Shown in pieces: positions 1-9,738 of a DNA stretch of 64,000 nt. The notes below the pieces were generated by a model. That model did no database searches and was not told the DNA's origin. It saw only the letters and a list, made by a program, of their open reading frames with translations. Position numbers and translations under genes: made by a program. Where the stretch lies: positions 22,493-86,492 of the forward strand of contig JANLSU010000101.1 in assembly GCA_031362565.1 (NCBI GenBank), written 5' to 3'. This DNA comes from a bacterium. GTDB lineage: Bacteria > Krumholzibacteriota > Krumholzibacteriia > G020349025. Each line of letters opens with the position of its first letter. The first letter of the stretch is position 1.

Positions 1-200
1 GGCCGCGCGGTGTCGCGGGTGCGGCGCAGCGTGCTCGTGTAAATCGCCGCCAGCGGCTCGTCGGCGAGCAACGCCGCCAGTGCCGCCGCGTGCTCGGCGC
101 CGAGCGGCGACAAGCGCGTGTCGGTACTGCCCTGCAAGCGGTGCTGCAAATTCCACTCGGTCTCGCCATGCCGGGCCAGGAAGATGCGCTTCGGTCTCAT
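1..200 (-). CDS. Histidine phosphatase / phosphoglycerate mutase family protein (5' part; runs off window edge)
   Basis: Not in the ORF track. Manual translation from ATG 200: MRPKRIFLARHGETEWNLQHRLQGSTDTRLSPLG...IYTSTLRRTRDTA, with the RHGET motif. ATGA overlap with the upstream stop at 197-200. Confidence 0.9.
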   Translation of the reverse strand, partial: MRPKRIFLARHGETEWNLQHRLQGSTDTRLSPLGAEHAAALAALLADEPLAAIYTSTLRRTRDTAR

Positions 201-1495
201 GTGCGGCTCGCTTCCCGCGCCGGCTCGAGGCCGGCAGCGAATTCCAGCACCCGCCGGGCGCGCGCCTTCCAACTGTATTCGGCGACGCTTTGGGCCGCAT
301 TCATCACGAGCCGGGCGGCGCGGCTGCGATCCGAGCGCAGTGCCGCGAGTCCCGCCGCGAGCGCCTCCGGATCGTCCGGCCGCACGAGCCAGGCGTTGTC
401 GTCATGGCGCAGGATCTCGCGCGTCGACGGCAGGTCGGTGGCAACGATGGGCACACCGGCCCGCATCATCTCGAAGGCTTTGAGCGGCGACGTAAAGTAT
501 TCGGCTTCCACGAATCCCTCGCGCGGCAACGGAATGACGCCGACGCGCGCCCGCGCCATGTACGCCGCGACGCGATGCGGCGCGACCTGGCCTTCGAGGG
601 TGAGCCGGTCGGTGATGCCGAGTGCCGCGGCCACCGTCTCGACGCGTTGCAAGTCTTCGGAGGTGTTGCCGCCGACGACCGTGAGGTGGGCATCGGGCAG
701 GCGCACGAGAGCGCGCAGCAGGCCGTCGATCCCCTTCCAGCGATACAACTGTCCCACATACAGGAGATCCAGGTCGCGGCCCGTGTCGTCCAGCGTGCCG
801 GCGATCTGCATGCGTCCTGTCGCATCGACGGGAATCCGGGTGCCGTTCGGCACTACACAGAGTGGCGCGTGCGCCGGAAAATGTTCCTCGAGCATGCGGC
901 GCGCGTTGTCCGAAGTGCAGATGATGCCGTCGATTCCGGCATACGTCCGGGCTTCGAGAGCGCGGCGGCGTTCGACCTTTTCTTGGACGACCGGATCCTG
1001 GAGCGACCGGCCGCGTTCTTCCTGGTGGGTCGCCTTGGTGAGAAACGCCAGCTTGTGGACTTCGAACACGGTGCGCAAATCGGCCGGCGGGCGCAGGCCG
1101 CGCACCAGATCCAGAAGTTCGAGGCCGGCCGGATCGCGCGTCATGAGCACGGTCGGGCCCTTGGAGTGGCGCCGCAGGAAGGTCTGCAAGTAGACGCGGA
1201 AGTACGGGCCGCGCCAGTCGTTGAAATCCGTCGCCAGCGGCAACGACAACGACACGAAACGCAGCCGTGGATGTTCGGCCTCACCGTAGTACGTGAAGCA
1301 GTCGCGCCGCGACGCGGTGAGACGGCGCACCACCAAGAGGACGTCGGCGCCCTCACGCGCCATTTCGAGGCAGGTGTTGAAACTCTGGATCGAATTGGCT
1401 TTCGGCGACGGGAAGTCAATGCGGCTGAAATACAACACGCGTGGCCGGGTTTGACCGGCGGCCGAAGCCGCCCCTGCTGATTGGCGCTGTGACAT
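197..1495 (-). CDS. Glycosyltransferase family 4 (GT-B)
   Basis: Motifs YVGQLYRWKGIDGL and SPLKAFEMMRAGVPIVATDLP. Start set at ATG 1495 with AGGAG upstream. Confidence 0.88.
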   Translation of the reverse strand: MSQRQSAGAASAAGQTRPRVLYFSRIDFPSPKANSIQSFNTCLEMAREGADVLLVVRRLTASRRDCFTYYGEAEHPRLRFVSLSLPLATDFNDWRGPYFRVYLQTFLRRHSKGPTVLMTRDPAGLELLDLVRGLRPPADLRTVFEVHKLAFLTKATHQEERGRSLQDPVVQEKVERRRALEARTYAGIDGIICTSDNARRMLEEHFPAHAPLCVVPNGTRIPVDATGRMQIAGTLDDTGRDLDLLYVGQLYRWKGIDGLLRALVRLPDAHLTVVGGNTSEDLQRVETVAAALGITDRLTLEGQVAPHRVAAYMARARVGVIPLPREGFVEAEYFTSPLKAFEMMRAGVPIVATDLPSTREILRHDDNAWLVRPDDPEALAAGLAALRSDRSRAARLVMNAAQSVAEYSWKARARRVLEFAAGLEPAREASRT

Positions 1496-1676
1496 GACGG
1501 CTCCTGAACAATCCGTACGATCGCTCGCCGGCCGAACCGGTTGAGACGAATACGAGGCAACGACGCAGAACCAACGCGGGCGAGCTGGGGTGGCCGGTAG
1601 ACGGATGTTCCTCATCGTCCCGACCTGCCGCACGCAACTTCTATTTTAGCTGATGTTTAGGCGTCAGGTCAATGTT

Positions 1677-2387
1677 CTACACCGCCTCGTCGGCGGCGGC
1701 GGTCTCGAACACATAGCCGGCGCCGCGTTGGGTCAAAATCCAACGCGGCGCATCGGGCTCGTCCTCGATCTTCTTGCGGAGACGAGCAATGTGGTTGTCG
1801 ACGGTGCGGGTGGTAGGAAACACGTCGTAGCCCCAGATCTCGTTCAGGAGTTGCTCGCGCGACAGCATTTCGCCCCGGTGCTCGATAAAATACGCCAGGA
1901 TACGGAATTCCCGGGTCGAGAGCTCCAGGTCGTGGCCGCCTTTGGTCACCCGCTGGCGTTTGAAGTCGACCTCGATGTCGCCGAACCGGAACATCTCGCG
2001 CACCGGTGCCTTGCCGGCAACCGGCGCCCGCTTCAGCACGGCTTTGATACGTGCCAATAATTCGCGCACGCTGAATGGTTTTGTTACATAGTCGTCTGCC
2101 CCCAGCTCGAGCCCCAGGACCCGGTCGTTCTCGTCGCCGCGCGCCGTCAGCAGGATGATGGGCGTCGTGCGGCCGCTATCGCGCAGGCGTTTGGCGATCT
2201 CGAGTCCGCTCATTCCCGGCAACATGACATCGAGCACCAGGAGCGCGTGGTCGCCATCGCGGGCGCACTCGAATCCCTTCTTGCCATCGGTCGCGGTATC
2301 GACCACGTAGCCCTCGCCCTCCAGTGCGCTGCGTAGGCCTTGCACCAGACTCGGGTCGTCTTCGACCACCAGAATGCGACTCGTCAC
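1677..2387 (-). CDS. OmpR/PhoB-family response regulator
   Basis: ILVVEDD, LDVMLPG, GADDYVTKPF and winged-helix TRTVDNHIARLRKKIE. GTG start overlaps the kinase stop. Confidence 0.95.
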   Translation of the reverse strand: MTSRILVVEDDPSLVQGLRSALEGEGYVVDTATDGKKGFECARDGDHALLVLDVMLPGMSGLEIAKRLRDSGRTTPIILLTARGDENDRVLGLELGADDYVTKPFSVRELLARIKAVLKRAPVAGKAPVREMFRFGDIEVDFKRQRVTKGGHDLELSTREFRILAYFIEHRGEMLSREQLLNEIWGYDVFPTTRTVDNHIARLRKKIEDEPDAPRWILTQRGAGYVFETAAADEAV

Positions 2388-4516
2388 GACTTGGCCTCCT
2401 CGGGTACGGACCCAGCGGCGGGCGGCGTCGAATCGGTTGCCGGCTCCGCCGGCAGCCAGACCGTGAACCGCGCTCCACGCCCCGGCGCGCTCTGCACTTC
2501 GACCCGGCCGCCGTGAGCCTCGGCGATCCGGCGCACGAGCGTCAACCCGAGCCCGACACCTTGCCGCGGGCTCGAAAGCCGCTGGTCGACGCGATAGAAC
2601 TCTTCGAAGATCCGCTGCTGCTCGGACGGTTCGATGCCGATGCCGCGGTCCTCTACCTGAATCGCCACCGCGGCGCCGCGCCGCAGGACGCGCACCGCGA
2701 TCCAGCGCTCGTCTTCCGAGTACTTGACGGCGTTGGTGAGCAGGTTCAGGACCACCTGGCGCAACGCGTCGCGGTCGGCCCGCACTTCCGGCAGATTCGG
2801 TTCCACTTCGACGCTGTAGGTGAAGCCGGCGGCCTCCGCCTGCGGCCGGAAATCCTCCGCGGTCGCGCTGACGAGCGGGCCAATTTCCTCGTACTCGAAC
2901 TGGAAGCGGCGCGTGCCGCGCGTGAAATTCGCGAAGTCGAGCACCGCATCGATGAGCCGTTCGAGACGGCCGCACTCGCCGCGGATGACCGCTAACTGGC
3001 GCCTCCGCTCCGTGTCGCCGAGCCGCTCGCCGTTCATTTCGAGCATTTCGGCATACATCCGAATGGACGCCAGCGGGGTGCGCAATTCGTGCGAGACGTT
3101 CGACACGAAGTTGGTCTTGAGACCGGCGAGCCGGCCCTCACGGCGCACCGCGGTCAGCACCAGGACGGCACCGGCGACGATGGTCAGGAGCAGGACGATG
3201 ATGACGGCGAGGAAGGCGCGTGTCCGCACATCGACGGCGTTGACGGCGGTGCCGGCGCGCGGCACCACGACGACATTCCAAAACTCGAACGGCTCGCCGA
3301 GGTTGGCGCGCAAGACATCCGGCGTTGCCGAACCCGCGGCCGGCACCGCCGGCACCGCCGCGCCGATCACGTGCCGGCCGGCATCGTCGGTAATCGCCAG
3401 TTCCGCTTCTTGCGACAGCTGCAGTTGCTTCAGGAATCCCGGCAACACGGCCGACGACAAATGCGGCAGGTCGATCACCAATCCGGCGATCCCGGCGATG
3501 CGGTTCTGGTTGGCGCTGGGCAGGAAGCGGTACACGACCAAGAAGGGCTCGGCATCGATGACGTCCGACAAATAGCGCAGGCGCGGCGAGTGCGCTTGTT
3601 CGTCGAGAACCGCGCGCAGCAAGCGCCGGTCGAGCTTGCGCGCCAAGAACGCATCACCCAAGCGGCGCGGGGCATTCCAGGCCGCGACACGGGCCGCGAG
3701 CGCCGCCGACACGGACGCCGGCGGGCGCGGCGCGAGCCGCACCACGCCTTCTGCGGCGCGGTCGCGGAAGAATTCGATTTGCGATGGTGCGAGTTCCGAA
3801 GCGTGTTCGAGGGTGGCATCGCCGAGCGCCGCAAACTCGGGCGCCGCCGCCGAATCGTCGAGGGCTTCCAGAGCCCGCGCCGCGATCAGACCCGCCACCA
3901 GATCGAGGGGCTGATTGTCGAAGTCGAATGCATCGGGGTACTCGGACCGCAACCGCCGGGCGGTCGCCAGTGCCTGGCGCGATGCGCCGGATGCGAATTG
4001 AGCCCGCGCCAAGCTGGCGAGGGCGATGGCCCGCAACCGCGGGTTGAGCGCCTTGGACGCGAGGGCCGTGTACTCTGCCACCGCCACGGCGGGATCCTCG
4101 TACTCCGCCGAATCGGCCACCGCGAGCCGGGCCTCGAAGTCGCGCGCTTCGGCGGCGTCCGGGATCGGCAAACGCTGCATCGTGCCGATCCCGCTGCTTT
4201 GGCCGTTGGCCTTTAGAGTGAACGCGGCGCGCACGAAGCGCTCGGCCCGGAGCGCCGAATCTGCGGCCGCGGTGCTATCCGCGGTCAACAAGTCGGACCA
4301 CGCGACCTCGAGTTCGGCAAGTTCGTAGTGGACGACGCGCGCCGCGTAATCGCCGTAGCGCTGGTAGTTCTCGAGCACGCGACCGCTCTGCGCGCGGCGC
4401 TCGGAATCGACGGCCCGCAGTGTGAACCATGCGAGCAACAGGCTCGGAATGAACACGAGCCCCAGGAAGGCGGCCACGAGCCGCACCTGCGTGCTCTGCC
4501 ATCCCCGCAGTCGCAA
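2384..4516 (-). CDS. Membrane sensor histidine kinase
   Basis: Two hydrophobic TM segments around a large extracytoplasmic domain. H-box VSHELRTPL, N-box NLLTNAVKYS, G boxes DRGIGI and GVGLGL. Confidence 0.95.
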   Translation of the reverse strand: MRLRGWQSTQVRLVAAFLGLVFIPSLLLAWFTLRAVDSERRAQSGRVLENYQRYGDYAARVVHYELAELEVAWSDLLTADSTAAADSALRAERFVRAAFTLKANGQSSGIGTMQRLPIPDAAEARDFEARLAVADSAEYEDPAVAVAEYTALASKALNPRLRAIALASLARAQFASGASRQALATARRLRSEYPDAFDFDNQPLDLVAGLIAARALEALDDSAAAPEFAALGDATLEHASELAPSQIEFFRDRAAEGVVRLAPRPPASVSAALAARVAAWNAPRRLGDAFLARKLDRRLLRAVLDEQAHSPRLRYLSDVIDAEPFLVVYRFLPSANQNRIAGIAGLVIDLPHLSSAVLPGFLKQLQLSQEAELAITDDAGRHVIGAAVPAVPAAGSATPDVLRANLGEPFEFWNVVVVPRAGTAVNAVDVRTRAFLAVIIVLLLTIVAGAVLVLTAVRREGRLAGLKTNFVSNVSHELRTPLASIRMYAEMLEMNGERLGDTERRRQLAVIRGECGRLERLIDAVLDFANFTRGTRRFQFEYEEIGPLVSATAEDFRPQAEAAGFTYSVEVEPNLPEVRADRDALRQVVLNLLTNAVKYSEDERWIAVRVLRRGAAVAIQVEDRGIGIEPSEQQRIFEEFYRVDQRLSSPRQGVGLGLTLVRRIAEAHGGRVEVQSAPGRGARFTVWLPAEPATDSTPPAAGSVPEEAKS

Positions 4517-4548
4517 TGGTTCTCCTTGTCCGCAAATCGGGTGCGCCG

Positions 4549-5715
4549 TCAGCGGTTGTCGTGCCCAGCCGCGATGATGCGCCGGTACAGCGTTTCAAGA
4601 GTCGCGGCGCGGGCGGCGTTCGAAAACGTCGCGACCGCCAATCGGTGGCCATTCCGGCCCAGCTGGCGCGCCTGTGCCGGATCCGCCAGCAGATCCACGA
4701 TCGCGCGCGCCAATGCCGGCGCATCGCCCGGCGGTACGAGCCGGCCCGTTTCGCCGTCGCGAACGAGTTCTCGATTGCCACCGACGTCGGTACAAACGAC
4801 CGGCCGCGCCATGGCCAAAGACTCGCGCATGACGCCCGACAATCCTTCCCACGCGGTCGCGGATGCACTCACCGATACATCGAGCGCGGCCAGGACATGC
4901 GGTACATCCTGCCGCGGGCCGGTGAAGCGGAGGTGCGATTCGAGCCCTACGCCGTCACGCGCGCCCAATTGGCGCGCCAGCGCTTCGAGACCGGCACGCG
5001 CCCCGTCGGGATCCGGCCCGACGATCGCGAAATAGGTTTCGGGCGCGACGCGCAAGACTTGCGATGCGGCGTCCAGAAACACGTCGTGTGATTTGTAATG
5101 GCTGAGTTTGGCGACCAGACCCACGAGCCGCGCGCCCGCGGTAGCGCCGTTCAACAACTCGCGCCGTACGGCGCTGCCGTCGACGCCCGGATCGAAGCGG
5201 TCCGGATCGTAGCTCCCATAGATGACTTCGATGCGCCCGGCTGGAATGCCCGCCGCTATGAGGACATCGCGGATGTGCGCCGCGACGACGACATGGGCCC
5301 GCACCGCCGGATGCTGCATTTTTTCCACTTCGGCTGCCTGCAACGGCCGGCTCTGGCCGCGGTTCACGACCACGGGTGGCAGTTCCATATCGCGGCACGA
5401 ACGGAACAGGGCTTTGTACGTCGCGCGGTGGGTATGGATGACATCGAAGTGTTCCCGGGCCACGAACTCCCGCAGTTCGGAGCACGGTTCCTTCTTGTCG
5501 AGCGGCAAACGCACCAGCTTCATTCCGGCCCGGGTGACTTGCTCGAGCGTGCCGTCGTGCGGGCTGGGTGCGGTGTGAAACACGCACGTTACATCGTGGC
5601 CACGCGCTTGCAGGCCCCGCGCCAGCAACACCATTTGCACGGCGCCGCCGGATAGGATCTCGGAGTGGTCGGCGAGTTGCAGAATCTTGAGTGGCTGCAT
5701 CGGCGCCCTTTTCAT
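4549..5715 (-). CDS. Glycosyltransferase family 4 (GT-B)
   Basis: EGLSGVMRESLAMARPVVCTDVGGNRELVRDGETG; N-terminal GG motif. Confidence 0.9.
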   Translation of the reverse strand: MKRAPMQPLKILQLADHSEILSGGAVQMVLLARGLQARGHDVTCVFHTAPSPHDGTLEQVTRAGMKLVRLPLDKKEPCSELREFVAREHFDVIHTHRATYKALFRSCRDMELPPVVVNRGQSRPLQAAEVEKMQHPAVRAHVVVAAHIRDVLIAAGIPAGRIEVIYGSYDPDRFDPGVDGSAVRRELLNGATAGARLVGLVAKLSHYKSHDVFLDAASQVLRVAPETYFAIVGPDPDGARAGLEALARQLGARDGVGLESHLRFTGPRQDVPHVLAALDVSVSASATAWEGLSGVMRESLAMARPVVCTDVGGNRELVRDGETGRLVPPGDAPALARAIVDLLADPAQARQLGRNGHRLAVATFSNAARAATLETLYRRIIAAGHDNR

Positions 5716-5757
5716 GACGCGCGGCGCACACCCGAGGGCGACCGCGGGTTGCAGTCT

Positions 5758-7005
5758 TCAGGTGCGGACGATCGACGCGGCATTCTGCTCGGCGATCGTG
5801 ACGAGGCGTGTGGCGCAATCGGCAGCGCCGGCTTCGAGCCGCGTCAAGACGCGATGGGCGCGTTTCGCGACCAACGACACTGCCAAATGCCAGAACCAAC
5901 GGTTCGACGCGAAGCGCGGACTGGCGCTGATATAGGCCGAACGGAATGCCGCGACGGCCGATTCCATTTCCCGTTGCGGCCGGCCAAAGACGTAGCCCTT
6001 GTAGTAGAGATGGCTCGCGAAGCGCGCCAGGTCGTACATCGGATCGCCCCAGCACGCGTTGTCGAAGTCGATGAGCCGCGGTACGCCGCCATCGACCAGA
6101 AACTGCGCCGGATGAAAGTCGCCGTGCAAGAGCGCCGGCTCCGGTTCGGGAAACGGCGCTCCCAGCATGGTCACGATGCGCTCGAGCCGCGGCCGCAGGG
6201 CCGGGTATGCGGCGGCGAGTTCGGCGCTGGCTTCTTCGAAGTGCCGCCACTCGCGCGCGCCGTATGCCACCGTGTCGAGCGCCGAGCGGGTCGAAGCGGC
6301 GAGATTCGTTTCGTGCAGCGTCGCCAGTTGCCGGGCCATCGCCTGCATCACATCACGGGTCAGATGCGGGTCGGGATTCGACCAGAAACCGACGCCGGGA
6401 ACATGCTCGAGGACGAGCAGCCGGCGCCCCAGATCGACATTGAGAACGCGCGGCACCGGCACACCGGCCGCCAGCAAGGCGCGCATCACGGCGCCGACCC
6501 GTTCGACGCGGTCATCGTGGTAGAGCTTGGCGATCGTTTCCTCGCCACCATAGCAGCCGGCGAGGACGCAATTCATCGTCGGCACGTAGCTCACCACACT
6601 CCATTGCCCTTCACGCCAGACGTTGGTCAGTTGCTCGAGGCGCGGATCGGCCGGAAAACGCCAGTACACCATGTCGAGTTCGGCGACGAACCCGGTCGGT
6701 GCGCCCGGGCCGCGCTTTTGCAAGCGATCGACATAGCGGCGCAGCGAGCGCGCCGCCGGCAAGAACTCGGCGTAGACATAGTGCGGCCGGCCGTTGTCGG
6801 CAGGCTCGCCTTCCTTCCAGAGCCGGTACAGGACGCGCGTCGACTTTCCCGGTTTGTAGCTGACGCGCTCGATGGCGCAGCGCTCCCACGCCGTGCCGTC
6901 GCGCGGCGGCAAGAAGCGTGTGAAGGCCTCGAGCATGAGTTCGGGCGTCAGCGCGCGCGGCAGCACGGGCAGGTCGAGCACTCCATCCGGCGCCGCGTAT
7001 CTCAC
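5758..7005 (-). CDS. APH/choline-kinase-like phosphotransferase (paralogue 7; HGD intact)
   Basis: LLHGDFHPAQFLV...LIDFD...GDPMYDLARF. GTGA overlap at 7002-7005. Confidence 0.85.
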   Translation of the reverse strand: MRYAAPDGVLDLPVLPRALTPELMLEAFTRFLPPRDGTAWERCAIERVSYKPGKSTRVLYRLWKEGEPADNGRPHYVYAEFLPAARSLRRYVDRLQKRGPGAPTGFVAELDMVYWRFPADPRLEQLTNVWREGQWSVVSYVPTMNCVLAGCYGGEETIAKLYHDDRVERVGAVMRALLAAGVPVPRVLNVDLGRRLLVLEHVPGVGFWSNPDPHLTRDVMQAMARQLATLHETNLAASTRSALDTVAYGAREWRHFEEASAELAAAYPALRPRLERIVTMLGAPFPEPEPALLHGDFHPAQFLVDGGVPRLIDFDNACWGDPMYDLARFASHLYYKGYVFGRPQREMESAVAAFRSAYISASPRFASNRWFWHLAVSLVAKRAHRVLTRLEAGAADCATRLVTIAEQNAASIVRT

Positions 7006-8393
7006 AGACCGTCCCCTTCGATGCGCGCCCGGGCGGCTTCGAGCACCCGGCCGATCTTCACCGCTGCATCCGCGTGCAGGTGTTTGACACACTTGAGAGC
7101 TTGCTTGCGGACGAGCAAGCTCGCGACGTACCAGTTCAGCACGGCGTCGCGCCGGCCCCAGGGTACATGCGCGCTCCACGACTCGTAGAAGGCGGTCGCG
7201 AGGCGCCGCGCCCGGCCCGGCGGCAGCACACCCATGGCCTCCAAGTAATGCAGGTCGGCGGTGAAATTCGCAACATCATAGAGCGGGTCGGCGTGCACGA
7301 AGCTGTCGAAATCGACGAGCGCGCTCTTGTGGCCGTCGTGGAGCAGGTGCGCGAGCTTGAAGGTGCCATGGGACGTGACGAGGGGCAGGCGCGGCAGGCC
7401 CGGCAGCATCGCGTCCAGACGCCGCTTGATCCGCTCCAACTCGGCCGCGGCGTCGGGGTGGACATGCGCCACCAGTGCGGCGTGGGCCCGCATTTTGACC
7501 GCCTCGTCGTCCAAGTCATGTCGCGGCCGGACGGGGATGCGCACCAGATGCATCGCCGCCAAGCCACGCCCGATGGCGGCGGCGTGCGCCGGAGTCACCT
7601 GTGCGGCGGACTGCGACAGCGGCGCCCCCGGGACGCCGCGCTGGTACGTGGTCCATCCCTCGGCGTCGAAGGGCAGCGGTTCCGGGATGCGCAAGAAACG
7701 AGAGTCGGTTTGCGCCGCCCGCCAGAGCGCCTCGAGAATGCTGTGGGCTTCGCGCGCTGGCACGACGTCGTCGTAGGTTTTCGAGTACACGGTTTGCAGT
7801 TCAGCACTCGGCAGCGTCCGGGGCGCGCCGTTGGCGTCGCGCGGCGGATGCCATTCCACTTCGTAGCGCAGCACACAGCGCTTGCGCGGGATGTAGCGCA
7901 CCAACGTGCGCGTCGCGGGCCCCATCTCCAGGCCGGCGGCGGCGCCGGCGGTGGCCAAGAGCGCCAGGGTTTCACGCGGCGCCTGGCGCCACTGCGCCGG
8001 CAGCGTCTTGAGTTTGGGATCATTCGGAAACGTCCACAGCACGAGATCGAGATCCGTGCAGTGATACGCGGCGGCACCGAGGCCCGGCGTCACAAACTTG
8101 TCCTTCGCGGCTTTGCGTTCGGCCTTGGCGTACATCGCGGCGGGATCCGGGAGCCCCAGAACCGCGGACAGAATCTGCGTCTCGCGCCGGCCGCCGGCTT
8201 CCAACGTCACCGAGTAGACGAGACTGCATTCGGCACCCGGCACGTAGAACAGGCGCTGGACCGACACCTCGACGGCGCGTTCGGGCCGGCCCTGCGCCGC
8301 AAACCAGGTGTCGAGTGCGGCAGTGATTCGCGCCGGATCGAGCACCGCACGCACGGCCGCAAGTTGCGGCCCGTTTTGCGTCCCGAGCGTCAT
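7002..8393 (-). CDS. APH-like phosphotransferase fold, catalytic Asp replaced by Thr (paralogue 6)
   Basis: SHGTFKLAHLL...LVDFD...ADPLYDVANF. ATGA overlap at 8390-8393. Confidence 0.82.
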   Translation of the reverse strand: MTLGTQNGPQLAAVRAVLDPARITAALDTWFAAQGRPERAVEVSVQRLFYVPGAECSLVYSVTLEAGGRRETQILSAVLGLPDPAAMYAKAERKAAKDKFVTPGLGAAAYHCTDLDLVLWTFPNDPKLKTLPAQWRQAPRETLALLATAGAAAGLEMGPATRTLVRYIPRKRCVLRYEVEWHPPRDANGAPRTLPSAELQTVYSKTYDDVVPAREAHSILEALWRAAQTDSRFLRIPEPLPFDAEGWTTYQRGVPGAPLSQSAAQVTPAHAAAIGRGLAAMHLVRIPVRPRHDLDDEAVKMRAHAALVAHVHPDAAAELERIKRRLDAMLPGLPRLPLVTSHGTFKLAHLLHDGHKSALVDFDSFVHADPLYDVANFTADLHYLEAMGVLPPGRARRLATAFYESWSAHVPWGRRDAVLNWYVASLLVRKQALKCVKHLHADAAVKIGRVLEAARARIEGDGL

Positions 8394-9718
8394 GCGAAAT
8401 CCCGCCCTTCCGCCGCGGCGCGCGCCGCGGTCAATACCGCGGCCACGGGCTCGACGCCCGATGCCGCGAGTTTCTTGACGTTCTTGAGCGCCTGGCGATT
8501 GACGAGCAGCACCGCTTTCCACCACGCGAGCCGGCGGCGATCCACACCCCACGGCACCAGAATCGCATACGCCGACACGAACGCCCGCTGCGCGTCGGCA
8601 ATCTCGGCCGCCGACCAATGACCCTGGGCGACGGTCTCGAATCGCGACAGGAAGCGCGCCACATCGAGCAACGGGTCGCCGCGCCCGAACAAGTCGAAGT
8701 CGATGATCGACACCCGGTCACGTCCAACGAGCACCTGATTGCAGTGGAAGTCACCGTGCACGGCGGCGGTCTGAATCACGTCGGCCGGGGCCGCCGCGGC
8801 GAGCGGCCCGATGGTCGCTTCGATCTCGCGATGCAGGTGCGGATAGAACCGCAACAGCGCGTCGCGGGCACGTTCCAACTTGACGGATTCGTCGGCCACG
8901 CGCCAGACGCGCTCGGCCGGCAGATCACTGCGATGCAGTGCCGCGAGCGAGGCCGCGACACGCCGCATGAGCACCGGCATGTCGGCACCCAAGAGCGAGT
9001 CGAGCAGCGGCTCGCCGCCGGGTGAATCCTGCCAGACCGCATTGCGCACTGGATCGCAACCCAACGGCCGCGCCAGTCCGAGCTCCGGGGCCCGGCGCAC
9101 GGCGTATTCCCACAACATTTGCATTCGCGCCACCACGCTCTGCGCATCGTCCGTGGCGTACACCTTGCCATAGAACGGTTCGGGACGGGCATGATCCAGC
9201 CGGTCATAGCGCAGGATGCAGCGCTTGGCGGGCACGTAATTGACGACGATCGTTTCGAGCCCCGGACGCGCGCCCGTCCACGGCGCCGGCGTGAGTTGCA
9301 CCGCCCGGTCGAACAGCGTGCCGCTCGAGCGCACGATATGCCCGAGACCCGGCATCGCCGGATCGTCCGGAAAAGTCCAGAGCGCCAGGCGCAAATCGGG
9401 CCAGTAGGCGGGAATCGGCCCGGCGGGCGTTTGGATCGCCGGACGCTCGCGAAAATGCGCCGGCACCGGCTCGGTGCCGAAGGCGCGTCCGGCAAGCGCG
9501 AACGGCACTCGCTCGCCGCCCGGATCGTCGTACTTCAACCCATAAGCCAACAGACATGTGGCGCCCGGGTAGTAGCGCACATCCTGGGCACGACAGCGGC
9601 GCAACGTCCAGCCCGGCAAGGCGTGGGCGCGGAACCGGGCCGCAATCGCGTCGTCGTCCACGAGCGCCGGCAGTTGCGGCAGGCTCGTGTCGACCGGAAT
9701 TTGCGACGCGTCGAGCAT
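8390..9718 (-). CDS. APH-like phosphotransferase (paralogue 5; HGD intact)
   Basis: VHGDFHCNQVLV...IIDFD...GDPLLDVARF. Start MLDASQIP. Confidence 0.85.
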   Translation of the reverse strand: MLDASQIPVDTSLPQLPALVDDDAIAARFRAHALPGWTLRRCRAQDVRYYPGATCLLAYGLKYDDPGGERVPFALAGRAFGTEPVPAHFRERPAIQTPAGPIPAYWPDLRLALWTFPDDPAMPGLGHIVRSSGTLFDRAVQLTPAPWTGARPGLETIVVNYVPAKRCILRYDRLDHARPEPFYGKVYATDDAQSVVARMQMLWEYAVRRAPELGLARPLGCDPVRNAVWQDSPGGEPLLDSLLGADMPVLMRRVAASLAALHRSDLPAERVWRVADESVKLERARDALLRFYPHLHREIEATIGPLAAAAPADVIQTAAVHGDFHCNQVLVGRDRVSIIDFDLFGRGDPLLDVARFLSRFETVAQGHWSAAEIADAQRAFVSAYAILVPWGVDRRRLAWWKAVLLVNRQALKNVKKLAASGVEPVAAVLTAARAAAEGRDFA

Positions 9719-9738
9719 CGCGGTTTCCCTTCGGTGGA

